From the NCBI GenBank assembly GCA_030390025.1, contig CM059432.1, positions 36,644,001-36,708,000 on the forward strand: a stretch of DNA of 64,000 nucleotides, given 5' to 3'. Source of the DNA: Squalus acanthias. Its lineage: Eukaryota. Below, in pieces: positions 62,325-64,000 of the stretch (the first letter of the stretch is position 1; every line of letters starts with the position of its first letter). The notes below the pieces were generated by a model, which was not told where the DNA came from, did not search any database, and was given only the letters and a program-made list of their open reading frames with translations. The position numbers were made by a program, and so were the translations under genes.

Positions 62325-63058
62325 TGAGAAAACTAGCAAGAAATATAAAAACAAATTGTAAGAGCTTCTACAAGTATGTAAAAAGAAAGAGAGTAGCAAA
62401 AGTAAATGTTGGTCTCTTAGAGGCTGAGACAGGAGAAATTATTCTGGGGAATAAGGAAATGGCAGAAACGTTAAACAAATATTTTGTATCTGTCTTCACA
62501 GTAGAAGACACAAAAAGCATACCAAAAATGGTGGGGGACCAAGGGTCTAATGAGGGTGAGGAACTTAACGTAACTAATATAAGTAGAGAAAAAGTACTAG
62601 AGAAACTAATGGGACTAAAAGCCGACAAATCCCCAGGACCTGACGGCCTGCATCCTAGGGTTCTAAAAGAAGTGGCTGAAGAGATAGTGGATGCATTGAT
62701 TTGAATCTTCCAAAATTCTCTAGATTCTAGAACGGACCCAGCGGATTGGAAGGTAGCAAATGTAACACTGCTATTCAAGAAAGGAGAGAGAGAGAAAACA
62801 GGGAACTCCAGGCCAGTTGGCCTGACATCAGTCGTCAGGAAAACGCTGGAATCCATTGTTAAGGAAGTGGTATCGGGGCACTGAGAAAATCATAACATGA
62901 TTAGGCAGAGTCAACATGGTTTTATGAAAGGGAAATCGTGTTTGACAAATTTATAAGAGTTTTTTGAGGATGTAACTAGCAGGGTAGATAAAGTGGAACC
63001 AGTGGATGCAGTATATTTGGATTTCCAAAAGGCATTCGATAAGGTGCCACATAAAAGG
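62325..63058 (+). mobile_element. CR1 ORF2 fragment ending at a Penelope element
   Basis: ORF 62297-62704 ([15 protein letters not shown]), continuing to FDKVPHKR. Confidence 0.9.
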
Positions 63059-63059
63059 A

Positions 63060-64000
63060 TCACTGAAAGGACTACACGATAGCATCAACAGGTTCCATCC
63101 CACCATCAAACTCACCATGGACTACTCCTCAGAATCGGTTTCATTCTTGGACACACGAATCTCCATCAAAGACGGACGCCTCAGCACTTCACTCTACCGC
63201 AAGCCCACGGACAACCTCACGATGCTCCACTTCTCCAGCTTCCACCCTAACCACGTTAAAGAAGCCATCCCCTATGGACAAGCCCTGCGAATACACAGGA
63301 TCTGCTCAGACGAGGAGGAACGCGATGGACACCTACGGACACTGAAAGACGCCCTCGTAAGAACGGGATATGACGCTCGACTCATCGATCGACAGTTCCG
63401 ACGGGCCACAGCGAAAAACCGCATAGACCTCCTCAGAAGACGAACACGGGACACAACCAACAGAGTACCCTACGTCGTCCAGTACTTCCCCGGAGCGGAA
63501 AAACTACGCCATGTTCTTCGCAGCCTTCAACATGTCATCGATGACGACGAATACCTTGCTAAGGCCATCCCCACGCCTCCACTACTCGCCTTCAAGCAGC
63601 CGCCTAACCTCAAAAGTACCATCGTTCGCAGCAGATTACCCATCTTTCAGGAGAACAGCAACCACGACACCACACAACCCTGCCACGGCAACCTCTGCAA
63701 GTCATGCCAGATCATGGACACAGATACCATCATCACACGTGAGGACACTACCCACCAGGTACATGGTACATACTCATGTGACTCGCCCAACGTTGTCTAC
63801 CTGATACGTTGCAGTAAAGGATGCCCCAGAGCATGGTACATCGGCGAGACCATGCAGACACTGAGACAACGTATGAACGGACACCGCGCAACAATCGCCA
63901 GGCAGGAGGGTTGCCTCCCAGTCGGGGAACACTTCAGCAGTCAGGGGCATTCAGCCTCGGATCTGCGGGTAAGCGTTCTCCAAGGCGGCCTTCGGGATAC
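63060..64000 (+). mobile_element. Penelope-like retroelement, 5'-truncated, RT C-terminus plus GIY-YIG endonuclease; runs off the window
   Basis: Hand translation from 63060 is stop-free for 313 codons: INRFHPTIKLT, SFLD, LYRKPTD, PCHGNLCKSC, NVVYLIRCSKGC..WYIGET..LRQRMNGH..VGEHF. Confidence 0.93.

Overview
Eukaryotic vertebrate DNA, almost certainly from a cartilaginous fish (shark or ray), judging by HE1-type V-SINE, SacSINE1-type DeuSINE, CR1 LINE and ~67-bp satellite content. The only cellular gene I can support is the DExH-box RNA helicase DHX30 on the minus strand. Fourteen coding exons (61548 down to the stop at 10506) splice by hand into one open frame of 2766 nt (921 aa plus stop); the 5' exons lie beyond the right edge. 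One of its introns needs a non-canonical GC donor. Most remaining sequence, and nearly every long ORF in the track, is retroelement-derived: many CR1 LINEs (one near full length, with ORF1 esterase and ORF2), a single-ORF LINE whose 5' end is a tRNA-like Pol III promoter and which has short head+tail derivatives, L2 remnants, several SINE families, a young Penelope element and small TIR elements. Most notable: the tRNA-headed LINE/SINE system, a satellite apparently growing from an LF-SINE-like element, a 168-bp near-perfect palindrome beside an exon, inverted CR1 copies bracketing two exons, a three-level nested insertion, and a possible intronic terminal exon. Exon numbers are within-window only. 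Repeat family names come from recalled consensus sequences, not searches, and repeat boundaries are approximate unless a target-site duplication (TSD) is given.
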